A DNA stretch of 64,000 nt from Myxococcota bacterium (GCA_965223415.1 OZ245002.1:1408001-1472000), one strand, 5' to 3'. Positions 36,511-47,449 are shown, counted from the first letter of the stretch. Translations and numbers: made by a program. Notes: generated from the letters alone by a model not told the origin.

Positions 36511-37347
36511 TCAGTCCTCGTAGTAGGGCGCGTCGCCCAGCAGCGTGACCCGGTGCATCAGCCGGTGGGCACCGCCGGTATCGGCGACCACCGCGTGCTG
36601 CGTGCAGCGGTTGTCCCAGATCGCGACGGTGCCCCGCTCCCAGCGCAGCCGACAGGTGTACTCGGGCTGGGAGAGATGGCCGTAGAGGAAGCGCAGCAGC
36701 GCCGTGCTCTCCTTCGGCTTCATGCCCACGATGAACTTGGTGAAGGCGGAGTTGACGAAGATCGCCTTGCGGCCGGTCTCGGGGTGCGTGCGGATCACCG
36801 GATGCACGGCGCTCTGCCGGCTCGCCAGATCGCGCCGCTGCTCCTCGTTCTCGGCGATGCGCGTGAAACCGCCGCCGTCGTGGTGGGCCTCGAGGCCTCC
36901 GAGCAGGCGCTGCATCGTGTCCGAGAGGCCCTCGTAGGCGGCGTACATGCTCGCCCACTGGGTGTCACCGCCGTGCTCCGGCACGACCACGCCCCGCAGG
37001 ATCGAGCCCATCGGCGGGCACTTCTCGAAGGTGACGTCGCTGTGCCAGGCGCTCGCCAGGAACTGCCGGCTCTCGTCCGCCTCGAGCACGACGACTTCCG
37101 GGTGCCCCTCGTCCCGCAGCTGCTGGAGCACCGGGTGGATGTGTAGATCTCCGAAGTGGCGGGCGAAGGCCTTGTGCTGCTCGACGGTCACGTCCTGATC
37201 GCGCAAGAAGAGCACCTGGTGCTCGAGCCAGGCGTGGCGCAGCTCCTTCTCGCGGGCGGGGTCGAGGGGCGCGGCCAGGTCGACGCCGGAGACCTCGGCG
37301 CCGAGCGCACCGGCCACCGGCTCCACCGTGATGTGCTGGTATTCCAC
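36511..37347 (-). CDS. TauD/TfdA family Fe(II)/2OG dioxygenase
   Basis: WHSDVTF, GGDT, HPVIRTHPETG, WDNRCTQH; GTG start after GGAG. Confidence 0.93.
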   Translation of the reverse strand: MEYQHITVEPVAGALGAEVSGVDLAAPLDPAREKELRHAWLEHQVLFLRDQDVTVEQHKAFARHFGDLHIHPVLQQLRDEGHPEVVVLEADESRQFLASAWHSDVTFEKCPPMGSILRGVVVPEHGGDTQWASMYAAYEGLSDTMQRLLGGLEAHHDGGGFTRIAENEEQRRDLASRQSAVHPVIRTHPETGRKAIFVNSAFTKFIVGMKPKESTALLRFLYGHLSQPEYTCRLRWERGTVAIWDNRCTQHAVVADTGGAHRLMHRVTLLGDAPYYED

Positions 37348-37435
37348 AGGCTCTCCTTCCGGAGAGCCAGGGTATCTCACGCCTCGGGGGGCGGACCGGG
37401 GGGCCGGCGAGCGCACGAAGAAGGCCCACAGGCTG

Positions 37436-38646
37436 AGTTGTGGATCGAAGAATGGGTCCGGCATGAAACGTGCGGTGAAGGGCGGTCATGCCGACCGCCG
37501 GCGCTACCTTCGTTCCCCCGCACTGTCCGAACCCCACATGTGATTCCCACACGAATTCGGGCCCTTGGCGGTTCAAGAAGAAGGGCTTCTTCTCCCGCCC
37601 CCGCCGCGGCGACCGCGTCCAGCGGTACCTCTGTCAACACTGCCGCCGCTCGTTCAGTGAACCGACGTTCTCCCCCACCTACTGGCTCCGCGCCCCCGAC
37701 CTCCTGGAGACGCTGTTTTTCCGCATGCGCGGCTGCAGTGGCCTGCGCCAGATCGCCCAGGAGCTGGGCGTCTCCCACGCGACCCTCCAGCGCCAGGTCG
37801 AGCGCCTGGGGCGCCACTGCCTGCTCTTCCACGAGCGCCTCCGGCCCCGGGTGCCGGCCGAGCCCCTGGCCCTCGACGGCTTCCGCAGCGTCGAGTCCGG
37901 CCAGTACTGGCCCTTCGACCTGAACCTGGTGGTGGGCGCGTCCCACTACGTCTACGGCTTCAACGAGGCCGAGCTGCGGAGGAGCGGGACGATGACGAAG
38001 GCCCAGCGGGCGAAGCGCGAGCGGTTGGAGCAGGCCCACGGGCGTCCGGACCCCGGGGCCACGGGCAAGGCCGTCCAGGAGCTCGTGGGCCGGATCGTGC
38101 CGGAGGGCGCGGAGGTCGTCGTGCGCTCGGACGAGCATCCGAGCTACCCCGGGGCCCTTCGCCGGCTCCCGGGGCGGAGGATCGTCCACGAGACGACGTC
38201 GTCGCGCAAGGCGAGGACGGCGAAGAACCCGCTCTTCCCGATCAACCTGGCGGACCTGCTCTTGCGCCACGGCAGCGCGAACCACAAGCGGGAGACGATC
38301 GCGTTCTCGAAGCGGAGGCAGGGGGCGCTGTACCGGGCGGCGATCTGGGTGGTGTGGCGGAACTACGTGAAGTGGAGCGCCGAGGGCAAGCGCAGCGATC
38401 CCCCGGCGGTGCAGCTCGGGATCGTCCCGACACGGCTCTCGGTGAACGAGATCCTCTCGCGTCGCCTCTTCCCGTGGCGCCAGGAGCTCGCGCCCTGGCT
38501 CACCGCCTGCTACCGCGGCCGAATCCGCACGCGATGCCTCGCGAGGCAGAGGACGCACCGACTTCGCTACGCGGACTGAGCGACCGATCCCCGTGAACGA
38601 GGGGGCACCTCCCCCCCCCCCCAGACCCAATCTTCGATCCACAACT
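37436..38646 (+). mobile_element. IS1-like insertion sequence, 1211 bp
   Basis: 26-bp terminal IRs (24/26 match; 37436-37461 and 38621-38646); 9-bp direct repeat CACAGGCTG at 37427-37435 and 38647-38655. Confidence 0.9.
37488..38579 (+). CDS. IS1-like transposase (Zn finger-HTH-RNaseH fold), single ORF
   Basis: CPNPTC...QRYLCQHC; LRQIAQELGVSHATL; LDG, SDEHPSY, KRETIAFSK. Confidence 0.85.
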   Translation: MPTAGATFVPPHCPNPTCDSHTNSGPWRFKKKGFFSRPRRGDRVQRYLCQHCRRSFSEPTFSPTYWLRAPDLLETLFFRMRGCSGLRQIAQELGVSHATLQRQVERLGRHCLLFHERLRPRVPAEPLALDGFRSVESGQYWPFDLNLVVGASHYVYGFNEAELRRSGTMTKAQRAKRERLEQAHGRPDPGATGKAVQELVGRIVPEGAEVVVRSDEHPSYPGALRRLPGRRIVHETTSSRKARTAKNPLFPINLADLLLRHGSANHKRETIAFSKRRQGALYRAAIWVVWRNYVKWSAEGKRSDPPAVQLGIVPTRLSVNEILSRRLFPWRQELAPWLTACYRGRIRTRCLARQRTHRLRYAD

Positions 38647-38861
38647 CACAGGCTGGGCCGAGAGAGTCGATCCGGGCGAAGGGGGCGGGAAAGCCGATGC
38701 GATCGAAGCCGGCAGAAGAACCGTGACCGAGCCATCTGGGCGCGGCCATGGCCCTTCATCAGACCTCGGGGGGCGCTCAAGAACCCGGCCCCCTGTGACC
38801 GGAATCGCCACACCGGCCGCCGAAGATCGGGCCTGTATCCTGACGTGGGGGAGGTGAGAGG

Positions 38862-40181
38862 ATGGAACCCGGCGAATCCGGCGGCTTGAAAACGGGCCCG
38901 CTCGAGGCGCTCGAGGCGTTTTGGGGGCGCCTCGCGGCCGGCGGCCTGGAGGAGGCGGGCCTCGTGCTGGTGGCGGGGCTCCTGGTCGCCTGCGTGGTCC
39001 TGCTCGGCCTGGTGCTGCGGCGCCTGCGCCACGATCCGGCGAAGGCCCTCGGTCCGCGCTTCGAGCAGGTGAATGCCGTGCAGGAGCGCAGCGAGCGCGG
39101 TCTCCGCGAGGAGCTGGCCCGTAACCGCGAGGAGCTCTCCCACGGCACGCGGCACCTCCGCGAAGAGGTGGGCGGCACCATCCGCGCCGTCGGCGAGACG
39201 GTGGAGAAGCGTCTCGAGGACGTGCGCAGCGTCATCGACCGGCGGCTCCAGCACATCCAGGCCGAGAACGAGAAGAAGCTCGACGCCATCCGCGTGACCG
39301 TCGACGAGAAGCTCCAGGGCACCCTGGAGAAGCGGCTGGGCGAGTCCTTCCGGCAGGTGAGCGAGCGCCTGGAGGCGGTGCACAAGGGCCTGGGCGAGAT
39401 GCAGACCCTGGCCACCGGCGTCGGCGATCTCAAGAAGGTGCTCACCAACGTGAAGACCCGCGGCACCTGGGGCGAGGTGCAGCTCGAAGCCCTGCTCGAG
39501 CAGATGCTCGCGCCCGGCCAGTGGGAGAAGCAGGTCCAGGTGAAGCGCGGCAGCGCCGAGCGCGTCGACTTCGGCGTGCGGCTGCCCGGCCCCGAGGGCG
39601 ACGACGGCGCGCCGGTCTGGCTGCCCGTGGACGCGAAGTTCCCCCAGGAGGACTACCAGCGCCTGATCGAGGCCCACGAGCGCGGGGACGTGGGGGCGGA
39701 AGACGAGGCGGCCAAGGCCCTCGAGGCGCGGGTGCGCAGCGAGGCTCGCTCCATCCGCGACAAGTACATCAGCCCCCCGACCACGACGGACTTCGCCCTC
39801 CTCTTCCTGCCGACGGAGGGCCTCTACGCGGAGGTGCTGCGCCGTCCCGGGCTCGTGGAGGGCCTCCAAACCGAGATGAAGGTGAACGTGGCCGGGCCGA
39901 CCACCCTGGCGGCGTTCCTGAACAGCCTGCAGCTCGGCTTCCGCACCCTCGCCATCCAGAAGCGCAGCGCCGAAGTATGGAAGCTGCTCGGCGCGGTGAA
40001 GGGCCAGTACGGCAAGTTCGGGGAGCTGCTGGCGAAGGTGGAGAAGAAGCTGGAGGAGGCGTCGAACACGATCGGCCAGGCTTCCCAGCGCACCGAGCAG
40101 ATCCAGAAGCGCCTCGGAAAGGTCCAGGAGCTGCCCGAGGGCGAGGCGCGGCTGCTCCTGCCGGACGAGGCGGAAGAGTGA
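38862..40181 (+). CDS. rmuC: DNA recombination protein RmuC
   Basis: TRGTWGEVQL, PVDAKFP, KYI.PP.TTDFA.LFLPTEGLY, SLQLGF. Confidence 0.95.
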   Translation: MEPGESGGLKTGPLEALEAFWGRLAAGGLEEAGLVLVAGLLVACVVLLGLVLRRLRHDPAKALGPRFEQVNAVQERSERGLREELARNREELSHGTRHLREEVGGTIRAVGETVEKRLEDVRSVIDRRLQHIQAENEKKLDAIRVTVDEKLQGTLEKRLGESFRQVSERLEAVHKGLGEMQTLATGVGDLKKVLTNVKTRGTWGEVQLEALLEQMLAPGQWEKQVQVKRGSAERVDFGVRLPGPEGDDGAPVWLPVDAKFPQEDYQRLIEAHERGDVGAEDEAAKALEARVRSEARSIRDKYISPPTTTDFALLFLPTEGLYAEVLRRPGLVEGLQTEMKVNVAGPTTLAAFLNSLQLGFRTLAIQKRSAEVWKLLGAVKGQYGKFGELLAKVEKKLEEASNTIGQASQRTEQIQKRLGKVQELPEGEARLLLPDEAEE

Positions 40182-40241
40182 TCCAGCTTCCATGAAGGGG
40201 GTGGGTATCCGGCCTATGCTCGGGCCGGAGGAAGCTCCCCC

Positions 40242-42344
40242 TTGCTCCATCCCCTCTCGAGATTGCCGATCGCCCTCCTGCTGGGCGTGCTCGGCCTGGC
40301 GTCGGGCGCCAAGGCAGCCGAGACCGAGCTGGTCCCGGCTGGCTCCGTCTGGCGCTACGTCGACGGCACCTCTCCACCGGGGGTCGGATGGAAGCTCCGG
40401 ACCTTCGACGACGGGAGCTGGGCCCAGGGCGCAGCGGAGATCGGCTACGGCGACGGGGACGAAGCGACCGTGCTCGGCTTCGGCCCGGATCCCCAGAGCA
40501 AGCCGATCACGAGCTACTACCGCCACGCCTTCCCGGTGCCCGACCCGAGCGCGTTCCAGGTGCTCGACCTGCGTCTCGAGGCGGACGACGGCGCCGTCGT
40601 CTACCTGAACGCCACCGAGATCCTGCGCCACAACCTGCCGACCAGCCCCATCCTCCCCGGAACGGCTGCCCTGGCCGAGGTTCCCGACGAGGACGAGGAC
40701 CGCTGGGTCGAGGTGGCCGTGGATCCGGCCCAGCTCCTTGCCGGGACCAACCAGCTCGCCGTCGAGCTCCACCAGGCGAGCCCGGCGACCCCGGACGCAA
40801 GCTTCCGGCTCGAGCTGGTGGCCGGGGACTTCTCGCCGCCGACGGTGACCCGCGGGCCCTACCTGCAGCGCGGAAGCGAGCACGAGGTCGTCGTGCGCTG
40901 GCGGACGGACGTGGCGCATCCGTCCCGGCTGCGCTTTGGGCCGAGCCGCAGTGCGCTGGCCGGCGTGGCGGACGATCCCACTCCGCGCATCGAGCACGCC
41001 GTCGTGGTCGGCGATCGGCTTCCCACCCGACGGACCTACTACGCCGTCGGGACGACATCCCGGACCCTGGCCGGCGGAGGAGCCTTCGACTGGAGCGAGG
41101 CGAGCCCGGCGCCGGCCTCGCCCCGCTCCCAGCGCTACTGGGTGCTCGGCGATTCCGGCACCGGCAACGCCGGGGCCATGGCCGTCCGCGACGCCTTCCT
41201 GGCCTGGAACCTGGGACGGAGCCCGGACGCCCTGTTCATGCTGGGCGACAACGCCTATCAGAGCGGAACCGATCTCGAGTTCCAGACGAAGCTCTTCGAC
41301 ATCTACCCGAGCGTGCTGCGCAACACGGTCCTGTGGCCCACCTACGGCAACCACGATGCGGTGAGCTCGGTGTCGTCCACGGAGACCGGGCCCTACTACA
41401 CCGCCTTCAGCCTCCCGCGGCAGGGCGAGGCCGGGGGCGTGCCTTCCGGGACCAAGGCGTACTACTCCTTCGATCGAGGCGACGTGCACTTCGTTTCGTT
41501 GAACTCGGAGCAGCCATCCCGCTCTCCGACCGGGCCCCAGCTCACCTGGCTCCAGGCCGACCTCGCCGCCAACGACAAGACCTGGACCGTCGTGTTCTGG
41601 CACCAGTCGCCCTACACCAAGGGCTCCCACAACTCGGACGTCGAGACGGTCGCGATCCAGATGCGGCAGAACGCGGTGCCCTTCCTCGAAGCCGCGGGCG
41701 TCGACCTGGTGATGACCGGCCACAGCCACTCCTACGAGAGGTCCTTCCTGATCGACGGGCACTACGGAACTTCCGGCACCCTCCAGCCCTCGATGGTCCT
41801 GGACGGCGGGGACGGGGATCCCGCCGGCGACGGCGCCTACTTGAAGCTGGGAGCCCCGGGCGATCCCCACGAAGGCACGGTCTACCTGGTCCTCGGCAGC
41901 TCCGGATCCCTGGCGCCGGGCCCCCTCGACCACCCGGTCATGGCGCGCTCCATCTACAGCCTCGGATCGGTGGTCCTCGACGTCTCGGGGGGAAGGCTCG
42001 AGGGGCGCTTCCTCACCGACACGGGCCAGGTCCTCGACCACTTCGCGATCGAGAAGACGACCGAGTGCAACGACGAAGACGACGACGACGGCGACTTGCT
42101 GGTCGACTACCCGGCGGATCCGGGCTGCTCCGGGCCCACCGATCTCTCCGAGTCTCCAGACTGCTCCGACGGCCTGGACAACGATGGCGAAGGCACCATC
42201 GACGGAAGCGACCCCCACTGCGCGGGACCGAATGGGAGCGAGTGGCCGCCCCTCCACCCGAGCTGCGGCCTGGGAGTCGAGGTGACGCTGGTGCTCGCGG
42301 GTCTGCTCCTGTTGCGCCGGAGAGCCCGACTCCTGCCGGACTAA
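40242..42344 (+). CDS. Secreted purple-acid-phosphatase-type metallophosphoesterase with C-terminal anchor
   Basis: Signal peptide; GDSG, GDNAY, GNHD, VFWH, GHSH; CxDxxDxDGD repeats; CGLGVE-TM-RRR tail. Confidence 0.9.
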   Translation: MLHPLSRLPIALLLGVLGLASGAKAAETELVPAGSVWRYVDGTSPPGVGWKLRTFDDGSWAQGAAEIGYGDGDEATVLGFGPDPQSKPITSYYRHAFPVPDPSAFQVLDLRLEADDGAVVYLNATEILRHNLPTSPILPGTAALAEVPDEDEDRWVEVAVDPAQLLAGTNQLAVELHQASPATPDASFRLELVAGDFSPPTVTRGPYLQRGSEHEVVVRWRTDVAHPSRLRFGPSRSALAGVADDPTPRIEHAVVVGDRLPTRRTYYAVGTTSRTLAGGGAFDWSEASPAPASPRSQRYWVLGDSGTGNAGAMAVRDAFLAWNLGRSPDALFMLGDNAYQSGTDLEFQTKLFDIYPSVLRNTVLWPTYGNHDAVSSVSSTETGPYYTAFSLPRQGEAGGVPSGTKAYYSFDRGDVHFVSLNSEQPSRSPTGPQLTWLQADLAANDKTWTVVFWHQSPYTKGSHNSDVETVAIQMRQNAVPFLEAAGVDLVMTGHSHSYERSFLIDGHYGTSGTLQPSMVLDGGDGDPAGDGAYLKLGAPGDPHEGTVYLVLGSSGSLAPGPLDHPVMARSIYSLGSVVLDVSGGRLEGRFLTDTGQVLDHFAIEKTTECNDEDDDDGDLLVDYPADPGCSGPTDLSESPDCSDGLDNDGEGTIDGSDPHCAGPNGSEWPPLHPSCGLGVEVTLVLAGLLLLRRRARLLPD

Positions 42345-43264
42345 CGAAGCGAGAGCCGCGTGCCGTCCCAGTCGAGGGTGCGGTCGGCGGCGCCCACCCG
42401 ATGCCAGTCGAACCCGGCGACGAGCCCCCGGGGCGTGACCGGCGCCTCGGTCGCTCGGAGACCCGAGGCGTGGGCGAGCAGGCCGACGAGGGCGGCGGCG
42501 TTCATGGCGGGCCGGAGGGCCTCGGTGTCCACCGCGCCGTGCAGCTTGGCGAGCTTGCCGCCCCGCTCCTCGAGAAGCAGGAGGTGGTGCCGATAGCGCG
42601 GCGTCGCCAGGCCGAGCATCCCTTGCAGGCGCACCTGGGTGCCGGTCGCCGTGGCGAGATCCCGCCCGCGCACCACGCGGGTGACGCCGGCCTCCGCGTC
42701 GTCGACGACGGTGGCCAGGTGATAGGCGATCCCCCCGTCGCGACGCCGGACGATCGGGTCGCCGAAGGCGGCGGCGGGATCCTGGCTCAGGTCGAGCCCG
42801 CTCTCGTCGGCCAGCGGGAGCTCGCCTTCGGGAAGGCGGACGCGCAGGGGCTCGGCACTGGCGCGCCAGCCCGCCTCCGGGAGGGGCCGCCCCCGGCAGG
42901 TTCCCGGATAGCGGAAGCCGCCGTCCGGGGTTCGTTGCCCCCTCGCCCGGAGACCCGCGCGGGAGCAGGAGCACGGGTAGAGGACACCCGCCGTGGCGAG
43001 CCGATCCAGGGCGTCTTCGTGGCGGAGGCGCCGCTCGCTCTGCACGGTGACCTCGTCCCAGTCCACCCCGAGCCAGGCGAGATCTTCCTGCATGGCGGCC
43101 GCGAGCTCCGGACGGCATCGCTCCGGATCGAGGTCTTCCAGGCGCAGGAGCAGGCGGGCGCCGCAGCTGCGCGCGTCGAGCCAGCAGAGGAGCGCGGCGA
43201 GCAGGGTGCCGGGATGCGCCCGGCCGGTGGTCGACGGCGCAAAGCGTCCGACCTCCCGGGTCAT
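42341..43264 (-). CDS. gluQ: Glutamyl-Q tRNA(Asp) synthetase-like protein
   Basis: [40 protein letters not shown]; no anticodon-binding domain. Confidence 0.85.
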   Translation of the reverse strand: MTREVGRFAPSTTGRAHPGTLLAALLCWLDARSCGARLLLRLEDLDPERCRPELAAAMQEDLAWLGVDWDEVTVQSERRLRHEDALDRLATAGVLYPCSCSRAGLRARGQRTPDGGFRYPGTCRGRPLPEAGWRASAEPLRVRLPEGELPLADESGLDLSQDPAAAFGDPIVRRRDGGIAYHLATVVDDAEAGVTRVVRGRDLATATGTQVRLQGMLGLATPRYRHHLLLLEERGGKLAKLHGAVDTEALRPAMNAAALVGLLAHASGLRATEAPVTPRGLVAGFDWHRVGAADRTLDWDGTRLSLR

Positions 43265-44385
43265 GGCGCTCCCGGGACGAGCGCGGGATCGAACCACTCG
43301 AGGATGCGCGCGTTCTCCTCGCGCGGGTAGGCGTGGGAGAGGTCCTCGATCTCCCGGTAGACGAGATCGGCGCCGGCCTTCGCGAGCTCGTCGCGGGCCA
43401 TCCGCGCGAGGGCCACCGGGAACATCCAGTCCCGGGCCCCGTGCACGAGATAGATGCGCTTGCCGCGAGCCCGCGCGATCTGCCCAGCTGCGAAATTGAG
43501 CGGGTGCAGCACGCCGGCAATGGGCGCCAGCGCCGTGTACGGCGCGTCTTCGGCGAGGCCGGCGAGCAGACTGAAGGTGGCCCCGTCGGACAGCCCGGTC
43601 AGCAGCACCCGCCCGGGGTCGACGGGAAAGCGCTCCATCAGGAAGGCGACCATCGAGCGCAGGGCGTTGCCGTCCGCCGCCGGCGCCTGGAGCGACCAGC
43701 TGGTGGATTGCGAGGTCGGCGCCAGCAGCAGGAACCCGCGGCTGCGCGCTTCCCGCAGCCAGGTCCACAGGAAGTCCGCGCCGTGGCCGTAGGCGCCGTG
43801 GAGGGCGACGACCAACGGCAGGGACGCGCCCTCCCGGGTTCGCTCGGGCACGTAGAAGACGAAGCCGCCGCGCACCGCCCGGTCGCCACCACCCCCTCCG
43901 GCATGGAGCCCCACGCTCGGCTGCTCCGGAGGCTCCGGGTCGAGCTCCGCCAGCCGATCGTGCCAGGGCTCCTCGGCGTAGAGGCGCCCGAGGGGCGGAA
44001 GCGCGAAGCGCAGCAGGTAGAGCAGCTCCTGGGCTCGGGCATTCTCGCGCATGGCCTCGAGAATGCGCGGCACGCCGCCGTCTCCGGCCCCGCCCGCGGC
44101 ACCCTCGGCGAAGCCCCGAAGCGCGGCCTCCACCCGCTCGGCTCCGCCCAGGAACCCGTCACGGACCGCCTCCGCTCCGTCCGGAGGCGGCAGCTCGCGA
44201 AGGGGTGTGAGGGTCTCGGCCAGGCGCTCGGCCAACGCCGCGAGGCGGCCGGCCAGCCGGGGCAGATTCGACGGGTGCAGGTGACGACCGGCCACCTCGA
44301 GGGCGCGCAGCCCGGTGAGGGTGGCGGCGCCCGCGTCGGCCATGCGATCGCGGAAGGCGGCGAGCTCCGGGCTCGGGTCGGTCAC
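43261..44385 (-). CDS. Phospholipase/carboxylesterase
   Basis: ALHGAYG, GLSDG nucleophile motif, [12 protein letters not shown]. Confidence 0.88.
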   Translation of the reverse strand: MTDPSPELAAFRDRMADAGAATLTGLRALEVAGRHLHPSNLPRLAGRLAALAERLAETLTPLRELPPPDGAEAVRDGFLGGAERVEAALRGFAEGAAGGAGDGGVPRILEAMRENARAQELLYLLRFALPPLGRLYAEEPWHDRLAELDPEPPEQPSVGLHAGGGGGDRAVRGGFVFYVPERTREGASLPLVVALHGAYGHGADFLWTWLREARSRGFLLLAPTSQSTSWSLQAPAADGNALRSMVAFLMERFPVDPGRVLLTGLSDGATFSLLAGLAEDAPYTALAPIAGVLHPLNFAAGQIARARGKRIYLVHGARDWMFPVALARMARDELAKAGADLVYREIEDLSHAYPREENARILEWFDPALVPGAP

Positions 44386-44411
44386 GGCAGCCGTAGGGTA
44401 CTCTACGCGCG
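44386..44411. promoter_or_regulatory. Bidirectional overlapping -10 elements
   Basis: TACCCT (minus, 44395-44400) and TACTCT (plus, 44399-44404), 9 and 7 nt from start codons. Confidence 0.5.
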
Positions 44412-45326
44412 ATGGTGACGAACGGGGCCGGGGGGACGAGTGCGGCGGTCCAGAGGCAGGGCGAGCTTCTGCGCACGCTCACGAGGGACGGCGGCGTCGC
44501 GATCCGCGCCGTCGAGGCGACGCAGCTCGTCGCCGAGGCGGCCGAACGCCACGAGCTCGGCTCCCTCGCCACCCAGGCCCTCGGTCGCGTGCTGATGGGC
44601 GCGATCCTGCTGGGCGCCGGCGGCAAGGACGACGAGACGGTGCAGGTGCGCTTTCGCGGCGACGGACCGCTGGGCACGCTCCTCGCGATCTCCGACGAGA
44701 ACGCGCGGGTCCGCGGCTACGCGTCGCGCCCGAGGGCGACGCTGCCCCTTCGCGGCGGCCGGATCGACGTCGCCAAGGGCATCGGCCTGGGCGAGCTCTC
44801 GGTCGTGCGCCACCGCCACGGCTGGCGAAAGCCGTACACGGGAATCGTGCCGATCGTCTCGGGCGAGGTGGCCGAGGACCTGGCCCTCTACCTGACCGAG
44901 AGCGAGCAGACGCCCGCGGCGGTGGGCCTGGGCATCCAGCTCGACGAGGAGGGAGAGGTCACGGCGGCCGGCGGCTACCTGGCCCAGGCGCTGCCGGGCG
45001 CCCGCGACGAGACCCTCGCGCGGCTCGAGGCCAACGTGCACGCCCTGCCCTCGCCCTCGACCCTGGTTCACCGGGGCGGCGGAGCCCAGGCCATGGTGGA
45101 CGGCCTGGCCGAGGGCCTCGGCGGACAGGCGCTCCTCCAACGGGAGGCGTGCTTCCACTGCCACTGCGACGAGGAGCGGGTGATTCGCGCCGTGGCGCTG
45201 CTCGGCCGGGAGGAGGCCGAGGCGCTGCGCGTCGCCGGCGAGCCCATCGATGTGCGCTGCGAGTTCTGCGCGGAGCAGTATCGAATCGACCCGGATCGCG
45301 TGCGAGCGTTGTTCCCAGATGCGTGA
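44412..45326 (+). CDS. hslO: Hsp33 redox-regulated chaperone
   Basis: GDGPLG, SGEVAEDL..Y...SEQ, CHC...CEFC. Confidence 0.93.
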   Translation: MVTNGAGGTSAAVQRQGELLRTLTRDGGVAIRAVEATQLVAEAAERHELGSLATQALGRVLMGAILLGAGGKDDETVQVRFRGDGPLGTLLAISDENARVRGYASRPRATLPLRGGRIDVAKGIGLGELSVVRHRHGWRKPYTGIVPIVSGEVAEDLALYLTESEQTPAAVGLGIQLDEEGEVTAAGGYLAQALPGARDETLARLEANVHALPSPSTLVHRGGGAQAMVDGLAEGLGGQALLQREACFHCHCDEERVIRAVALLGREEAEALRVAGEPIDVRCEFCAEQYRIDPDRVRALFPDA

Positions 45327-45335
45327 GCCATCGCC

Positions 45336-46091
45336 ATGAGCCGGCCGGTCTCGCTCTTCGTTCCCTGCTACGTCGACCAGCTCGCGCCGGAGGTCGCCAT
45401 GGCGACGGTGCGCGTGCTGGAACGCGCGGGCTGCGAGGTCCGCTACGACCCGGAGCAGACCTGCTGCGGCCAGCCCTTCCTGAACCAGGGCGAGGCCGGG
45501 GCGGCCGCGAGCCTCGCCGAAGCGCACCTCGCCCGTTTCGACACGGCCGACACCGTTGTGTGTCCGTCGGCGAGCTGTGTGGCGACGGTCCGCGGACGCT
45601 ACCCGGAGCTCGGCGTGGGCGACGACGAGCGCGGGAGGGCCCAGCGCCGGCGCACCTTCGAGCTGGGAGAGTTCCTGGTGGGGGAGCTCGGCACCACGGC
45701 CCTCGGCGCGCGCTTCCCCCATCGGGTGGCGGTGCTGGAGAGCTGTCACGGGTTGCGCGAGCTCGGCCTCGGATCGCCCAGCGAGCGGCCCGGTGCGTCC
45801 GACCCGGCGCCCATCGACGTCCTGCTTGCCGCCGTCGACGGCCTCACCCGAGCGCCTTCGGCGCGGGACGAGTGCTGCGGCTTCGGCGGGACCTTCGCGG
45901 TGAAGTTCCCGGAGGTGTCCGCACGCATGGGGCGAGCCCGGCTACGCGAGTGGTCCGAGGCGGGAGCGGAATTCGTGACGGGCACCGACGTGAGTTGCCT
46001 CCTTCATCTGGAGGGCGTGAGGCGCCGGGAGGGCTTCGGGCCGAAGGCGATCCACCTGGCCGAGATCCTCGCCGGGGAGGATCCGGCGTGA
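45336..46091 (+). CDS. lutA: L-lactate utilization protein A (CCG domains)
   Basis: LFVPCYVDQ, QTCCGQP, ECCGFGGTFAVK. Confidence 0.9.
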   Translation: MSRPVSLFVPCYVDQLAPEVAMATVRVLERAGCEVRYDPEQTCCGQPFLNQGEAGAAASLAEAHLARFDTADTVVCPSASCVATVRGRYPELGVGDDERGRAQRRRTFELGEFLVGELGTTALGARFPHRVAVLESCHGLRELGLGSPSERPGASDPAPIDVLLAAVDGLTRAPSARDECCGFGGTFAVKFPEVSARMGRARLREWSEAGAEFVTGTDVSCLLHLEGVRRREGFGPKAIHLAEILAGEDPA

Positions 46092-47449
46092 ACCACCCGG
46101 TCGAACGGGGCGCCCGCCGCGCCCTCGGCGGCGATGAAGCGGTGGCGCGCCACGACGCGGCGGTCTTCGACCTGCGCGCGCGTCGCGACGCGGCGGCCGC
46201 GGAGGTGCCGGACTGGGAAGCCCTGCGCGAGCGCGCGGCTGCGATCAAGGCGCACACTCTCGACCACCTCGATGTGCTGCTCGAGAGCTTCGAGCGCCAG
46301 GCGACCGCCGCCGGCGCCGCGGTCCACTGGGCGGAGGACGCCGCCGCCCTGCAACGGATCGTCGGCGACCTGCTCACCGAGCGCGGCGCGATGCGGGTGG
46401 TCAAGAGCAAGTCCATGCTCACCGAGGAATGCGGACTGAACCCGCACCTGGAGGCGCGTGGGATCCAGGTGGTGGACAGCGACCTGGGCGAACGCATCGT
46501 GCAGCTCGGCAAGGAGCGGCCCTCCCACATCATCGTGCCGGCGATCCACCGCTCCCGGGAAGAGATCGGCGAGCTGTTCCACCGGCGGATGGGCACGCCG
46601 CGGGGCGAGTCGGATCCCGAGCGGCTCACCGGGGCGGCGCGCCGGGACCTGCGCACGCGCTTCCTCGCGGCCCAGGCCGGCATCACCGGTGCGAACTTCG
46701 CCGTGGCCGAGACCGGCTCCCTGGTGGTCGTCACGAACGAGGGCAACGCGGACCTCGGCATGAGCCTTCCGCCGCTCCACGTGGCGTGCGTGGGGATCGA
46801 GAAGCTCATCCCGCGCATGGACGACCTTTCGGTCTTCCTTCGCCTGCTCGCCCGCAGCGCGACGGGGCAGCCGATCAGCAGCTACACGAGCGTGGTCACG
46901 GGGCCGAGGCCGGGGGCCGAGCTACACGTGGTGCTGGTGGACAACGGCCGATCGGCGCTGCTCGCCGACGAGAGCCATCGCCGCAGCCTGGCGTGCATCC
47001 GCTGCGGCGCGTGTCTCAACACCTGCCCCGTGTACCGGCGCGCCGGGGGTCACGCCTATCCGGGCCCGATCCCCGGACCGATCGGCGCCGTGCTCGCGCC
47101 GGCGATGCGGCCGGGCGACGCCTCGCTCGCCCAGGCCTCGTCGCTATGCGGGAGCTGCACGGCGGTGTGCCCGGTCGGCATCGACCTCCACGACCAGCTG
47201 CTCGCCTGGCGGCGGGGTCCCGGCCGGCCACGGGGCCTCGAGGCCCTGGCGACGCGCCTCGCCGCCGGCGTGGTGGCGCGGCCGCGGCTCTTCCGGCTCG
47301 TGGGCGGGCTCGCGCGCCGAGCGTGGCCGCTGCTCGGGCGCCGCTTCCCCGGCAACCCGGTCGGCGGCTGGCTTCGCACCCGCGAGCTTCCACCGCATCC
47401 GGGGAAGAGCTTCGCCGCGCGCTGGCGCGAAGAGCGGGGCGCCTCGTGA
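46088..47449 (+). CDS. lutB: L-lactate utilization Fe-S protein B
   Basis: KSKSMLTEE, DLGERIVQL, TNEGN, CIRCGACLNTCP. Confidence 0.92.
   Translation: MNHPVERGARRALGGDEAVARHDAAVFDLRARRDAAAAEVPDWEALRERAAAIKAHTLDHLDVLLESFERQATAAGAAVHWAEDAAALQRIVGDLLTERGAMRVVKSKSMLTEECGLNPHLEARGIQVVDSDLGERIVQLGKERPSHIIVPAIHRSREEIGELFHRRMGTPRGESDPERLTGAARRDLRTRFLAAQAGITGANFAVAETGSLVVVTNEGNADLGMSLPPLHVACVGIEKLIPRMDDLSVFLRLLARSATGQPISSYTSVVTGPRPGAELHVVLVDNGRSALLADESHRRSLACIRCGACLNTCPVYRRAGGHAYPGPIPGPIGAVLAPAMRPGDASLAQASSLCGSCTAVCPVGIDLHDQLLAWRRGPGRPRGLEALATRLAAGVVARPRLFRLVGGLARRAWPLLGRRFPGNPVGGWLRTRELPPHPGKSFAARWREERGAS

Noticed and set aside
38611..38622. C12 homopolymer as a phase-variation tract
   Set aside because: Non-coding, downstream of the transposase stop; its length may be a sequencing artefact.
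37382..38775. 12-bp direct repeat CCTCGGGGGGCG flanking the IS at a distance (37382-37393, 38764-38775)
   Set aside because: Low-complexity G-run with no associated IRs; the inner IR/TSD set explains the element.
38646..43520. 1624-aa minus-strand ORF and many other long ORFs (e.g. 672..2882, 4430..7012, 15452..18262)
   Set aside because: Antisense or off-frame shadows of real genes in high-GC DNA; Arg/Pro/Gly-rich with no motifs.
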